DNA from: Diplonema japonicum
Taxonomy: Eukaryota; Protista; Euglenozoa: Diplonemea
DNA length: 64,000 bases
Reading direction: 5' to 3'
Assembly (NCBI GenBank): GCA_964019335.1
Contig: OZ025660.1
Span: 310,001 to 374,000, forward strand
Shown: piece after piece, positions 10,433-21,200 of the stretch
Position numbering within the stretch: position 1 is the stretch's first letter
Layout of the letters: each line of letters opens with the position of its first letter
Position numbers and translations under genes: made by a program
The notes under the pieces: generated by a model
The model's input: only the letters and a program-made list of their open reading frames with translations
Databases searched by the model: none
Told to the model about the DNA's origin: nothing

Positions 10433-12400
10433 TTAATAACCGAGGTATGCGACCTCGAGGCCGAGGTCGGCTTGTGCTTCAGCTACCGCATCAACATCAA
10501 GAGCGGCCTGCATTGCGAGGCCGACAGAATGGTGAGGCTCAAGAAGCTTGCCAGAATTTAATGTCTCTCCATTGAAAGGGTCTTTGATCGGATCAAAGCG
10601 GTCTAGTTCGACTGGGAGGTCGGTCAAATTGCAGAAGTCTGGGTAAGGTGTCTCCAAATACATTGGCATTGCGTAATCGCCACAAACCATCTTTTCGCTT
10701 AACACATTTTTGCACCATTCCTTGATCGCAGGCAGCGTGTCACAAGGCATTTCCGTGCTTGGTACGCTCTCTTCCGTCACTCTACGCGGCACAACGTACG
10801 CGGCAGTGTCCCCCACATGATACGCTTCGCGTGCCATGTCACAGAATGACAACACCAACCTATTCACGTCTTCACCCACACCCCACTTCCCCACACAGTG
10901 CAGGCCTAAGCACATCTTTCTGAAATGCCCGAAATTGTTGATGTACTGAAGACCACAATACACTGTCTTCTGTACAGGCGACTGTGTTTCCTCCACCACG
11001 GGAATAAGGGGTTCGTTCAGCAGCAGATCACGGTTGCCGTACATGCTCACACGTTGCTTCTCGTCGACAGAAAAGAAAGGTAGCACAGAGTAGCGTACGG
11101 AGAATGTATTGAAGACCTGATGTTCCAACTGCTTGCACATGGCTAACGGCATAGCTACGCCGTCCACTACGAACGACCTTTGAATCATGATCGGGCGGAA
11201 GGGGTTGGCAGACTTCTTTAGATTGTCCAATACACTCGCGAAGTAGACTGCGACCTCTGCTTTACAATGCTCGGAGTGCCGCCGGAATGAATGTATATAA
11301 ATCCTTTCGCCACACTCACATGTTCCAGTACAATAAAATAAGGGGCTTCTGTACTTGTCAAAAAGGGCACACATGGCTACATGGTCGTCTACGAGGTAAG
11401 GGAGGAGCTGTAGAATTTCATTCACTTCTAGGTCGAACGATGCGACTCCTGTTTCAGGGGGTGAAGGGGATTTGTAGAGACGCGTTTTGGGTGCCTTCTC
11501 AACAACGACAGAGGAGGGGGTAAGGAAAGGGAAGTCAGCATCCTTAATGTGGCGAGGGGTCCACGAGTTGCGGCCAGGGTAGTAGAGGGCAAGGGTGTCC
11601 GGAGGGGTGAAGAAGTCAACAACAGAAAACCCTCTCTTGCAGTACTTCACCAGCCTCTTGCTGTACGAATTAGAACCTCGGATCCTCAGGGACCTGTTGT
11701 TCGGGGCGGAGATGCGGTGGTTGAAGGCCAGGCGGGCTCGAGGAGTCGCGTACACCGCATGTCCATCGAACCCGACCGCACTGCAGTCCACATCGCAGGT
11801 GCTGAGGATGTGGTCCACAGACGCCCAAGGAGAGGTGATCACCTGGATGTTCCTGTAAGGCTTCCCGAACCCCATCGTGATGGTGCAGGGTGTCCGCATG
11901 GTCGCACACTCCCCCTTCGCCACCTTCATGAAGTGCTTCCGAAGCTCAGCGATCCTCCGTCCCGCCTCCTCCTTGTCGTAGATCCCGTACAGGTACACAT
12001 CCACATCGCTCTCCTCGAACCCCTCGTTCCTCCCCATCAACGACGACACAATGCTCCCCCCGATCACCACAATGTTGCTCCAGTCCACCCCTTCGAACAA
12101 CCCCCCCGTCATCTCCTTGAACCTCCTCTTGAACTCCTCCAGGTCCACCACGCTGTGCCCCTCCCCCATCACCCCGTTCATGCAGGGGACCAGTGTGTTG
12201 TAACCCTTACCCGATGACTCTCCTTCAGGTCCCTCGTCCCTCGCGTCCCCCTCCCTCGCCCTCCCCAGTCTCACCTCCCCCAGCACAGGACCCTCCACAG
12301 GGAGCTCCTGCAGCTGGAAGGTGTCGTAGTTCTCGTGGACGTTGATGAGGTATGGTGCACATTCTGTTTTCCGTCTCTTTACATTTTGTATGTCAGCCAT
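10433..12400 (-). CDS. Uncharacterised nucleotidyltransferase-fold protein, paralog C
   Basis: 655-aa intronless ORF. Core 11484-12351 matches A and B. C-terminus has CECG...HSEHC; NLS-like KRRK at the N-terminus. Confidence 0.8.
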   Translation of the reverse strand: MADIQNVKRRKTECAPYLINVHENYDTFQLQELPVEGPVLGEVRLGRAREGDARDEGPEGESSGKGYNTLVPCMNGVMGEGHSVVDLEEFKRRFKEMTGGLFEGVDWSNIVVIGGSIVSSLMGRNEGFEESDVDVYLYGIYDKEEAGRRIAELRKHFMKVAKGECATMRTPCTITMGFGKPYRNIQVITSPWASVDHILSTCDVDCSAVGFDGHAVYATPRARLAFNHRISAPNNRSLRIRGSNSYSKRLVKYCKRGFSVVDFFTPPDTLALYYPGRNSWTPRHIKDADFPFLTPSSVVVEKAPKTRLYKSPSPPETGVASFDLEVNEILQLLPYLVDDHVAMCALFDKYRSPLFYCTGTCECGERIYIHSFRRHSEHCKAEVAVYFASVLDNLKKSANPFRPIMIQRSFVVDGVAMPLAMCKQLEHQVFNTFSVRYSVLPFFSVDEKQRVSMYGNRDLLLNEPLIPVVEETQSPVQKTVYCGLQYINNFGHFRKMCLGLHCVGKWGVGEDVNRLVLSFCDMAREAYHVGDTAAYVVPRRVTEESVPSTEMPCDTLPAIKEWCKNVLSEKMVCGDYAMPMYLETPYPDFCNLTDLPVELDRFDPIKDPFNGETLNSGKLLEPHHSVGLAMQAALDVDAVAEAQADLGLEVAYLGY

Positions 12401-12990
12401 CTGGCTTAGGAGATGAACCTTCTAAGAGAAAATGAAAGTGGAGAAACAAAAACATAAAAAAACCCTCGAAGTAAAAAATATATAAAAAAAAAAAGATAAA
12501 TTGCATTGCGATTCCAAAAAAAGAAAACGAAAACGGGGAGAAGCAGAAACAAGAAAAGTAATCCCTTCCCTTCTTGTCATGTGGGTGTGTACCATGGCAC
12601 TAACGTGAAGGAGAGTCTTTTATTTGTGACAAGAATAATACCTATTCAAGTTCACACACTATTTTGAAGCAACGAGAATAAAAGTTGGAATGTGTCGTCT
12701 TCATTTTCAACAAGCCAAATAAGTTAAGGGAATCCTGTCCAAATCAAACTGGAAAGGCATCCCTTTACGAATGTCGAAGTCCTATTTCTCTTTGTTCTTT
12801 ATATTTATGGTTTTTGTTTTTTCACTGCGCCATCACGTACGTACCACGCAACCAAACGCTTGGGGGGGGGGGGGGGAGATAAAAGATTTTGGGGGGAATA
12901 CCAGGGAAAAGAAGAGGTACAAAAAAAAAAGCAAAAAAAAATGTTTTTACAGTAAACATCTTCTCACACGCATTTCTCTTTTTTCCTTGT

Positions 12991-14703
12991 TCACGCAATG
13001 TTGAACTTCTGGCAGAGAGCCTCAGTGGTGATGGACTTGGGGCGCTCGATGGGCTTGCCGAGGGCACGGTCCCACACAAGGGCGGACAGCACACCAATGC
13101 AACGGGACACACCTGTGGGAAAAAAAAAAAAAAAAATACTTTTTTTTTCGCGAAAACACACCGAAGAGCACAGTGTAGTACTGGGACTCCTTGAGGCCGT
13201 AGTGCTGGAGGAGCACACCAGAGTGCGCGTCGACGTTGGGCCACGGGTTCTTGGTCTTCCCGTGCTCAGTCAGGATGCCGGGGGTGATCTGGTTTTGTTT
13301 TTATTATTTTATTATCTTTTCTTTCTTTTTTTTTTTTTTTTTTTTTTTTTTTCATGCTCTTGTACCTTGTACACAGTGTCCACGAACTTGAAGAGCTCGT
13401 CGTCGGGGAAGTTGCGCTTGCAGAACTCCCTCTGGCAGGTGTACCTGGGGTCGGTCTTCCTGAGGACAGCGTGGCCGTACCCAGGCACCACACGCTTCTG
13501 GTTCAGGAGGTCCCAGATGCACTCCGTCAGCACCTTCTCAAGCTCGGCGCCGTCCTTTGCGGCACTGCGCTCCGCCACCTTGTTGGTTGGTTTTTTTGTT
13601 TTTTTTTTTTTTTTTTTTTTTTGTTTTCTTTTCTTTTTTTTGTACAATACCTTGCCCTGAAGCTCACGGAGGAACAGAAGCACTTCCTGGTTGGCAAGGC
13701 CGTGGAGGGGCCCCGCAAGACCGTTCATCCCGGCGCTGCACGACAGGTAGGGGTCGCTCAGGGCGCTCCCCACAAGGGTCGTCGCGTGTGCGGACACGTT
13801 CCCACCCTCGTGGTCGGTGTGGATGGAGAGGTACAGTCTCATGCAGTCGGCGAACTCTGCCGACTCGAATCCAAGCTGCTTCGTGAAGTTCGCGGACAGG
13901 TCGAGGCTGGGGTCACGCGCAATCACCTGAAAACGTTGGGGGTTATGTGGTTTTCTTTTTTTTTTTTTTCCTTCCCCCCTTCTTCTCACACCTCAGACCC
14001 ACCGTGGAAGCTCCTCTTGTAGATCTGAGCGGCAACCTGGGGGACACGGGCAATAAGGTCGAGAGAGTCGTCAAGAGCGTACTCCCAGTAGTTGGCCTTG
14101 GTGGCGGCACCGGTGGCGTACCCCTTCGCGAACTTGCTGGCGTGTCCGAGGGTCAGGATCGCAGTCGAGAGCTGGAGCATGGGGTGCATGTCGGTGGGGA
14201 GGGAGTCAAGGGTCTTCGTCACCTGTTTGTTGTGTGTTGTGATGTGATGTGATGTGATGTGATGTTGTGGTTTCTCTTCTTCTTTTCATTACCTGATCAG
14301 TGATAGCATCGTTAGTGGCACGGTGGTGGAACTCCTCCATCATCATCTTGTGCTGGGCCTCGGTGGGGGCCTCACCGGTGAGGAGAAGCCACCACATAGC
14401 CTCGGGGGTAGGCTCCTGCCCGCCGTTCGCGGAAGGGAGCTTCTCCTGGCACTCAGGGATGCTGAGGCCACGGAACCTGATCCCTTCAACGGGGTCCAGG
14501 AGAGAGGGCTCGTAGGTGAGCCCGGTGATCCCACGCATCCCACCGTACGCCGCCTCCACAGTGGCGGGGCCAAGCGAGGTCGCCCCCTCGGCTGCCTTCA
14601 GCTTCTTGATCAGCTCCTGCTGCTGGGGGATCTTCTCCTTCAGGATCCTCCTCAGCTCCGCAGAGGCCTCGCTGTACATCCTACGCTGGGTGGTGCGCAT
14701 CAT
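12991..14703 (-). CDS. CS: Citrate synthase, copy 2 (appears identical to copy 1 including introns; offset 10,777 bp)
   Basis: All ORF-track translations in this interval repeat those of 2214-3926 at a constant offset. Confidence 0.95.
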
Positions 14704-14786
14704 CTTCGAATACTGTTAATAACCTGTGGTGAGGGGGGGGTACTAAAGAGAGAGTCTTTTACTTTTGATACCATGCAAAATAAAAA

Positions 14787-15956
14787 TACTGTAAAACAAA
14801 AATCACCGGAAGATAAAATGTCCGGAAGATAAATGTCCGGAAGCTCCGGCGGTCCGGATATTTTTTCTTCCGGACATTTTTTTCCTGAGACCCCCCCTTT
14901 TTTTTAAAGGGCTGGACCCGAAAACAGATGAAACTAGTGTCTGTAGCAAGAGAAAATCAAACGAAAATCAGAGAATTGAATTACGGACTTTTCCAGATCC
15001 TGATTGTTCGCTTCTACCACATGCTTGTTGAACCGAACCGCTTCTCGTGCCTGCTTTAGGGTTGTTCTTATGCTTTGCGGGTTTGCGTCATGGAGCCAAT
15101 GTCCAGTATATCAGACTGGAAGCACCGCTTTGGTAGCTCCAAGGTCGATCCCCCTGCCGCACCTGTTACTGCGGGTCGCAAGCCTCTTCTGAACTAGGAA
15201 GAAACAACAAAGCTCTTTGTTTGGATCCAGGTGCAGAACGGAAGGGAGTGCCTGTAGCAGCGTCGGACATCTGCCTGTATGCAGAGGGCCAACCAGCTGT
15301 GCTCCAAGCATGGCATCACAAGCCGCCGCCCAACAATAGGGAAGTCTAGCAGCCCCAAAGACACCCAAGCAGCGAGGAGGTTCACAGGGATCAGGCCGGT
15401 TGACCTGGAACATGGACCAGCTGCTGCCACTGGGAAGACGAAAAGGGGTCCCAAGGTTGTCAAGGTTAGGGATTTGGGACAAGCGCGCCGTCACCGGACA
15501 GTTTTGCGTTTCCCTGTCTGGTGGCAAACTGCACCCGCAGTTAATTTACACGGGAAAAACAGAACCAGCTCGCGGCAGGAAATACCCCGCGTCCGTCCCT
15601 CGTGTTGCACACCCCCCAAAAGGCTGGAGTTTAACAGCTTCGAAATCTCACTCGGCCACCCAGGAAACGCTTCGGCTCTGGGTAAAAGATTTGTTTCTCC
15701 CCTTTGCTACAACCTCATCGATTCATCGGGCTGAGCACCCACCGAGCCCATCCTACTCATCATTGATGACTACAATGTCCACACTACGCAGGCTTTTGTG
15801 AACTTGTTTTCAGAAACAAACGTTCACTTAGCGTTTGTCCCCCAGACTTCACCTATTTGTGCCAGCCCAAGACTTGCTGAGGTCCGGAAGAAAAAATGTC
15901 CGGATGTTTCGGCGGTCCGGATATTTTATCTTCCGGTGGATTTTTGTTTTACAGTA
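14787..15956. mobile_element. Non-autonomous TIR DNA transposon with TA target duplication (Tc1/mariner-like ends)
   Basis: Left end TA|CTGTAAAACAAAAATCACCGGAAGATAAAAT; right end ATTTTATCTTCCGGTGGATTTTTGTTTTACAG|TA. Subterminal TCCGGA palindromic repeats. The paralogous empty site is visible at about 4005-4025. Confidence 0.88.
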
Positions 15957-16211
15957 AACAAAAAAAAAAACCGATCTTTTTAACGTCAAGGTTACACAAG
16001 AAGCTAAATGCGGTCCATGAAAAAAAAGAACGGCGATCATTGCAGATCTGCCTTTCGGCGTTAAGCCCGTCTTTTGGCACCCGTGTCCTCCAGCCAGATC
16101 ACCGGCAAAGACGCCGCCCTCCTTACCGTGATCGGTATTTCCGAAATACCGTCTCCTGGTCGTTCCCACTGCCACGCCACGTTGTCGCCTGCGCCAGGAG
16201 AAAAAGCTCCT

Positions 16212-16997
16212 TTACTCAAAATGAAGCTCGACAACACCATTGTGTATCTGCGTCAGGAGCGAGGCAGGGAGCGTGTGCAAAAAGGCATCTTCATTGGTTG
16301 CAACGCGATGCACTGGACGGGTAAAAGAAAGAGCCCCACCTTCAGTGCCAAGACGATTCAAGGTTGCGAAAGAAGGAGGAGGGTCACAAGGTCCGTTGGG
16401 GCGCTTGGGCCACCAGTTGACTAATAAAGTAAGCCTCAGTGCCTTGATAGGAGTGAGAGGTGCCAGGACGCCATGCCACAACGTCCCATGGAATAAGAGA
16501 AGTTTCGACGGCTCAGGGAAAGAGAGCACTGCTTTTTCAGGCTTTGCAGGCACGAGATCCCCCGCTACCATCTCTTGGCTATATACGCATGTTGGACCGC
16601 CCTCTTGACTACAATAAAACACGCTTGATACAGCAGGGTGGACTTTACAGTTGGATTCATCTGGTAAAAGGTGCAAATCGCAATCTGTGTGGAACTCTTT
16701 GGGTTCGTCAGATGGGTCTTGTTCCTGCCACCACCACTCCGCCCCTTCGTACTGTGCTCCGTCCGTCACCTTTTTGAAGGCATCACTGTTTGAGATTTTT
16801 GTGATATAGCTCTCGATTGCGTTAATATCTTTCGAGCCCTCAGCTTTCCAGAATGTTCCATAGGTTAAGGCTGTGGGCTTCTCGGGGCACTCATAGTCTA
16901 ATTTAATCACAGTTTTCAAATCTTGTACTAGAATTGTAAACTCCTCCTCAGTAAACACCTTACCCGCAACTTCTGCGATGTTTTCTTTGGACAACAT
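16212..16997 (-). CDS. 2OG-Fe(II) oxygenase superfamily protein
   Basis: FHTDCD (HxD), WHGV and RLTLLVNWW motifs. Probable start MLSKE at about 16997. Confidence 0.75.
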   Translation of the reverse strand: MLSKENIAEVAGKVFTEEEFTILVQDLKTVIKLDYECPEKPTALTYGTFWKAEGSKDINAIESYITKISNSDAFKKVTDGAQYEGAEWWWQEQDPSDEPKEFHTDCDLHLLPDESNCKVHPAVSSVFYCSQEGGPTCVYSQEMVAGDLVPAKPEKAVLSFPEPSKLLLFHGTLWHGVLAPLTPIKALRLTLLVNWWPKRPNGPCDPPPSFATLNRLGTEGGALSFTRPVHRVATNEDAFLHTLPASLLTQIHNGVVELHFE

Positions 16998-18154
16998 GCG
17001 GTTTCTTATGTTGTTGCTGGGTTTATTATTATTATTATTTTTTTTTTCTTTTTTTTCTTTTTTTTTTTTTTTATGCGTAGTAAAACGAAACAAATGGGAA
17101 AAAAAAGAAATATAGAAGAGAAAAAGAATAGAGAAAAAAAAAAACATAACAGTTCGGTGTCTCTAATCTGAGGTGCGCAAACTGGAAGTTAGGCCAAAGT
17201 GTAAGCTTAAACAATTTGGAGGGGGTCTCAAAAACACTTATCGCACATGCGAGGAAAATATTTCTCATTGTGGTGTGTTTTTTTCTTTTTTGTTTTTTGT
17301 TTCTTCTTCCGAGTAAGCCCGTTTTTCTCTTTGACTGAGAGCTGCTGCTTTAAAAATAGAGATCCGAAGGGTGATGAATTATTTTTCTTTTTTTTTTTTT
17401 TTTGTTTCCGATTATCGATATAAAAAAAAAAAGTATTTGACGATGAAAAAAAAAAAAAAAAAAGGAGAAAAAAAAAAAGGGAAAATATAAACTAATTAAC
17501 CTACATCCCACCATATCTCAAAAAAACCCCCTGAAATGAGCTCAAATTGCTCCAATACCCCCCTCGATCTTGCCAATTCGTGTGCACAAACAAAAATGCT
17601 AAAAGAAACCCGACTTCCCCCCCCATTTTTTTATTGTGAAATCCTTTCAATGAATGACCCAACTTTGCTTGATGGATTTATAGAGATATGGTGGGGAAGG
17701 AAAAAAATGGCTGCGCAACAGGAAAAAATTACCACCAAAGAATGTTTAAGAGAAGAAGACACCTCCCCCTTTTTTTTCTACCATAACGTAAGAATAAAAC
17801 GAAAGCCGGAAGAAAAGAAAAAAAAATGAAAGTGCTTCGAGGGTAGGTGAACGTGACACCGACGTGTCCCATTATTAGCTTAGACAAGCTTAAGACTCAA
17901 AATGCTGCCCGCATCGAATAGATAGTGGGGAAGGTTTTAAAAACAGGGGGGATTACCTGCTTGCAGTCGAGCGTGATAAATAAAGTCGAAAAAAGAAAAA
18001 ATGGGGGGGGGCATGTGATGAAAGCCTGCCTTAATTGAGTTAGTGTTCTTTCAGTTTTTTCCCCCTTTTTTTTTTCCCTTCTTTTTTTTTTTTTTTTTCC
18101 TTCCCCCCTTTTTTCTCCCCCAACATGTAAATGAAGTCTCTGAAAGAAGACAGG

Positions 18155-18187
<33 letters not shown>

Positions 18188-18205
18188 AACCCTCCTCTTT
18201 TTCCC

Positions 18206-21200
18206 TCAAATCTTACGTTTTTTCGTCAATTGACCTTTCTCGGCTGAAATGTTTATGACCTCACGGAGTTGCTCCTCAGTGATGGCGGCTGGGATAATTT
18301 CAACAACAATGTCCAACTGGAAGAATTTAAAAAAAAAAAATCTTTTTTTGTCATACCAGTCCAGGGTTCTCCTCCACGGGCTCCGAAAGTATCTTGTAAC
18401 CTGACTCTCCAAGGCACTCGATCACGCGAAGGAACTTGCTGTGGAACATCGGCAGCGACTCCAAGTGTGTGAATATCTTCCCAGTGGGCGACCGGTAGTC
18501 CAGCCTCGGTACCGAAGGAAGCTGCTGGGCTGTGTTCTTGCTCCCTTTCCAATTCTCCTTCTTCCACAAAGCGTTCAGCTCTCTTTCCATGTCGTTGGCG
18601 GCCTTGTGCAACCAGTGCGTTTCCGGGTTGTACGCCCGGCAATTGCTCCACACGGCATCACAGTCTGCCTTAACTTCATCCACGGAACCATACAGCTGGT
18701 TGTACAGCCTTGTTATAATACTGTAGAGGTCCATAGGGTGGGGTATATTCTCGTAGTACTTCGGGGCGCCGTGCTTTGTTTCGTCCACGACCACCATGAA
18801 ATTATCCACTACAGGGTGTTTTTGCCGAAGGCTTTCGATCAGCTTCACGCACTTTTGAAACTGCGGGAGGAGCTTATTCCGTTTGTTATGGTGCACCAAG
18901 GGTGGGTAGAAGGCACACAGGTCTGTCCTCTGAAAGGACCCTGGCGGGATTGCAGATGCACCTGCTTTCAACTGTTTTTTTTTTATATTTGTTTAGTTCC
19001 ATTCTTGTTCTTTCCCCCCAAAAACATCAGAACCCCCCGACGCAGATTGTGAAGACAAAGGAGATCTTGTACCACACTTGCACCCAAAGGTGCTTTTTGC
19101 CTACCCCCCACCCCTCCATTGGTCCTCGTGATGGGAAAAATGAATGGATCAGTTTCCTTCTGTCATTTATGTGTTAAAGGGGAATCAGGAGACTGTGTCT
19201 TCATAGAATGGACCAATGTTCTTTAACTACGGTGTCATCATGCTTCGGTGTTGCTGCTGTCGGACACAACACAGATCCTTGAGATAGGAAAAAGAAAAGC
19301 AACTGTGCTTTGGGTGTTGTTGCCGTTTTTTTTTTCAGAAAGGGGTTGTGCAGAGCACCTATCCATCAAACACCTCTCATCTGTGATGACAAGGTCAGAG
19401 ACTCTAGTCTTTTGTGCTTTGATCATCATTCACAGCGTTGGTGTGTCCCCTCTTCGGGAATTTGGGGAAAAGGGTTCCTCATCTCCCGCCCACTTTCACC
19501 CTGCAGCACAAACAGAGTGTGACTGCTGCAACGACAGCGGAGGGCGGTGGCCAAAAGGAAGGCAAAAACCACAGACACCGGGAAGGGGGACAAAAGGTTG
19601 GAGATCTTGTACCAGATAAAGGGAACCTGTGCAAGGTACGAGGCACCTCACAGGAGGGTTGCCGGTACTCCATCTCCCTCTCCTCTCTTTCTCTCTCTCG
19701 CATAGCTTCACAACCAGCACCCTATTCAGAGAGGGAACAGGCTGTTACAAGCTTGCTGCAAGTTTTCAAAACAGCTGTTCTCTCTCTCTCTCCCTCTTTT
19801 TTTTCACTCCAATCTCGCATCAGGACTGGAGGATGGTATCTTTATTTGATAAAGGCCTTCCGTGGCACCCGTGCTGCCCTTCTCCTTCCTTCCTACCCCT
19901 TACATGTCTCGCACCCCTCCAACGCCTCTTTCATGTATGAAGAACGCGAAGTGGTGTTAATTAAGGGTGCTCTCCAGGCCTGTCCGGGTACGTTGGGAAT
20001 ACAACTGTTTTTTTCAGAAAGGGTTTGTGCAGAGCACCTATCCATCAAACACCTCTCATCTATGATGACAAGGTCAGAGACTCTAGTCTTTTGTGCTTTG
20101 ATCATCATTCACAGCGTTGGTGTGTCCCCTTCGACACGGGTCATCACTTCAAAAGACGAAAAAAATCAGTTTCTTTCTAAAAACACAGTTCTATCGCAGA
20201 CCAGCCAACCCTGAAGGGCAGACCGACTAGGATCGGAGGTGACAGAATGGGTGTGTTGAGTTCTCATCATGAAGAACAGAGAAGAAAAATATATGAGTTA
20301 AAGGAAGTCTTTGTGAGACGCCCCCTTGTTCTCATCTTCTACCTGCACCTATCCCCTTTCAGCAGCGGGTTCTCCTCCTTTGGTGGTCTTGCCGGCCTTC
20401 TCCCCAGCCTGGCCGCTCTTTCTCTTCGTTCTCTCGCCCATTGTCCTTTCAATGCCTCTAGGTCATGCTTGGTCTTCGGTGATGCAAATATCGCCCTCCT
20501 GTTCCATCCGATCACCGCCTTTGTCCTCCCGATGGATCGTAGTGTGTGCACCCTTGTGCTCGGCTCAGCTGGGAAGGCCCTCCTTCCTTTCACCTTCTTC
20601 AGTACCCTCCCTAGCTCCCATGTGTGCCAGATCTTCTTCATCAGTCCATGCAATCTCCTCGCTTTCTGCTGTACTTCTGCGAGATCCCCCAGCTTCCCTC
20701 CAAGGGTCTTCCCGGTCACGTTCTCGAAATCCAGTGCCAGCTCCACCGTCGACACTGACGTGTTTCTGCTGCCTGCATACCAGCGCAGTTGCCGCATCCA
20801 CCTCAGCACCTCCTTCGTGTACTCCCGTAGGACATCCCCTGCCGGTAGCTTGCCGAAGTCCTTGTCCGACGGTACTGGGTGTTCTTGACCTTGTGTGATT
20901 TCCAGCCACTGGTGTGTGTGGTACACCTCCTGCCTCTTCGCTTGTAGGGCTGCGTCCCGCTCCCCCACCACCGCCAGCAGGTACCTCTGCGTTCCTTCGA
21001 GCCTTTCCCTGACATCCTTCCCTGCTCCCCTTGGCAGGATGCCATGCAGCTTCGTACACGGTTCCAGCCCCCTGCGCGTCATGCCTTCGTGTTCTTCCCG
21101 CTGTTGCACTTCCTTGGCCTTTTCGCACTCCCACAGTGCGTGCTCCAGCATGTTGGGCAGCTGTTGCTCCTGACCGCAGATGTCGCAGTGTGCCGTCGTG

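Noticed and set aside
5492-12217. Repeated 222-247 aa plus-strand ORFs inside the NTase genes
   Set aside because: Antisense shadows of GC3-rich coding sequence, repeated only because the core is repeated.
15004-15801. ORFs inside the TIR element as a transposase
   Set aside because: No DDE/D or HTH motif is recognisable.
19329-20130. 123-bp direct repeat as LTRs of a TRIM-like element
   Set aside because: No TG..CA ends, PBS or TSD; C/D boxes and an rRNA-complementary guide explain it better.
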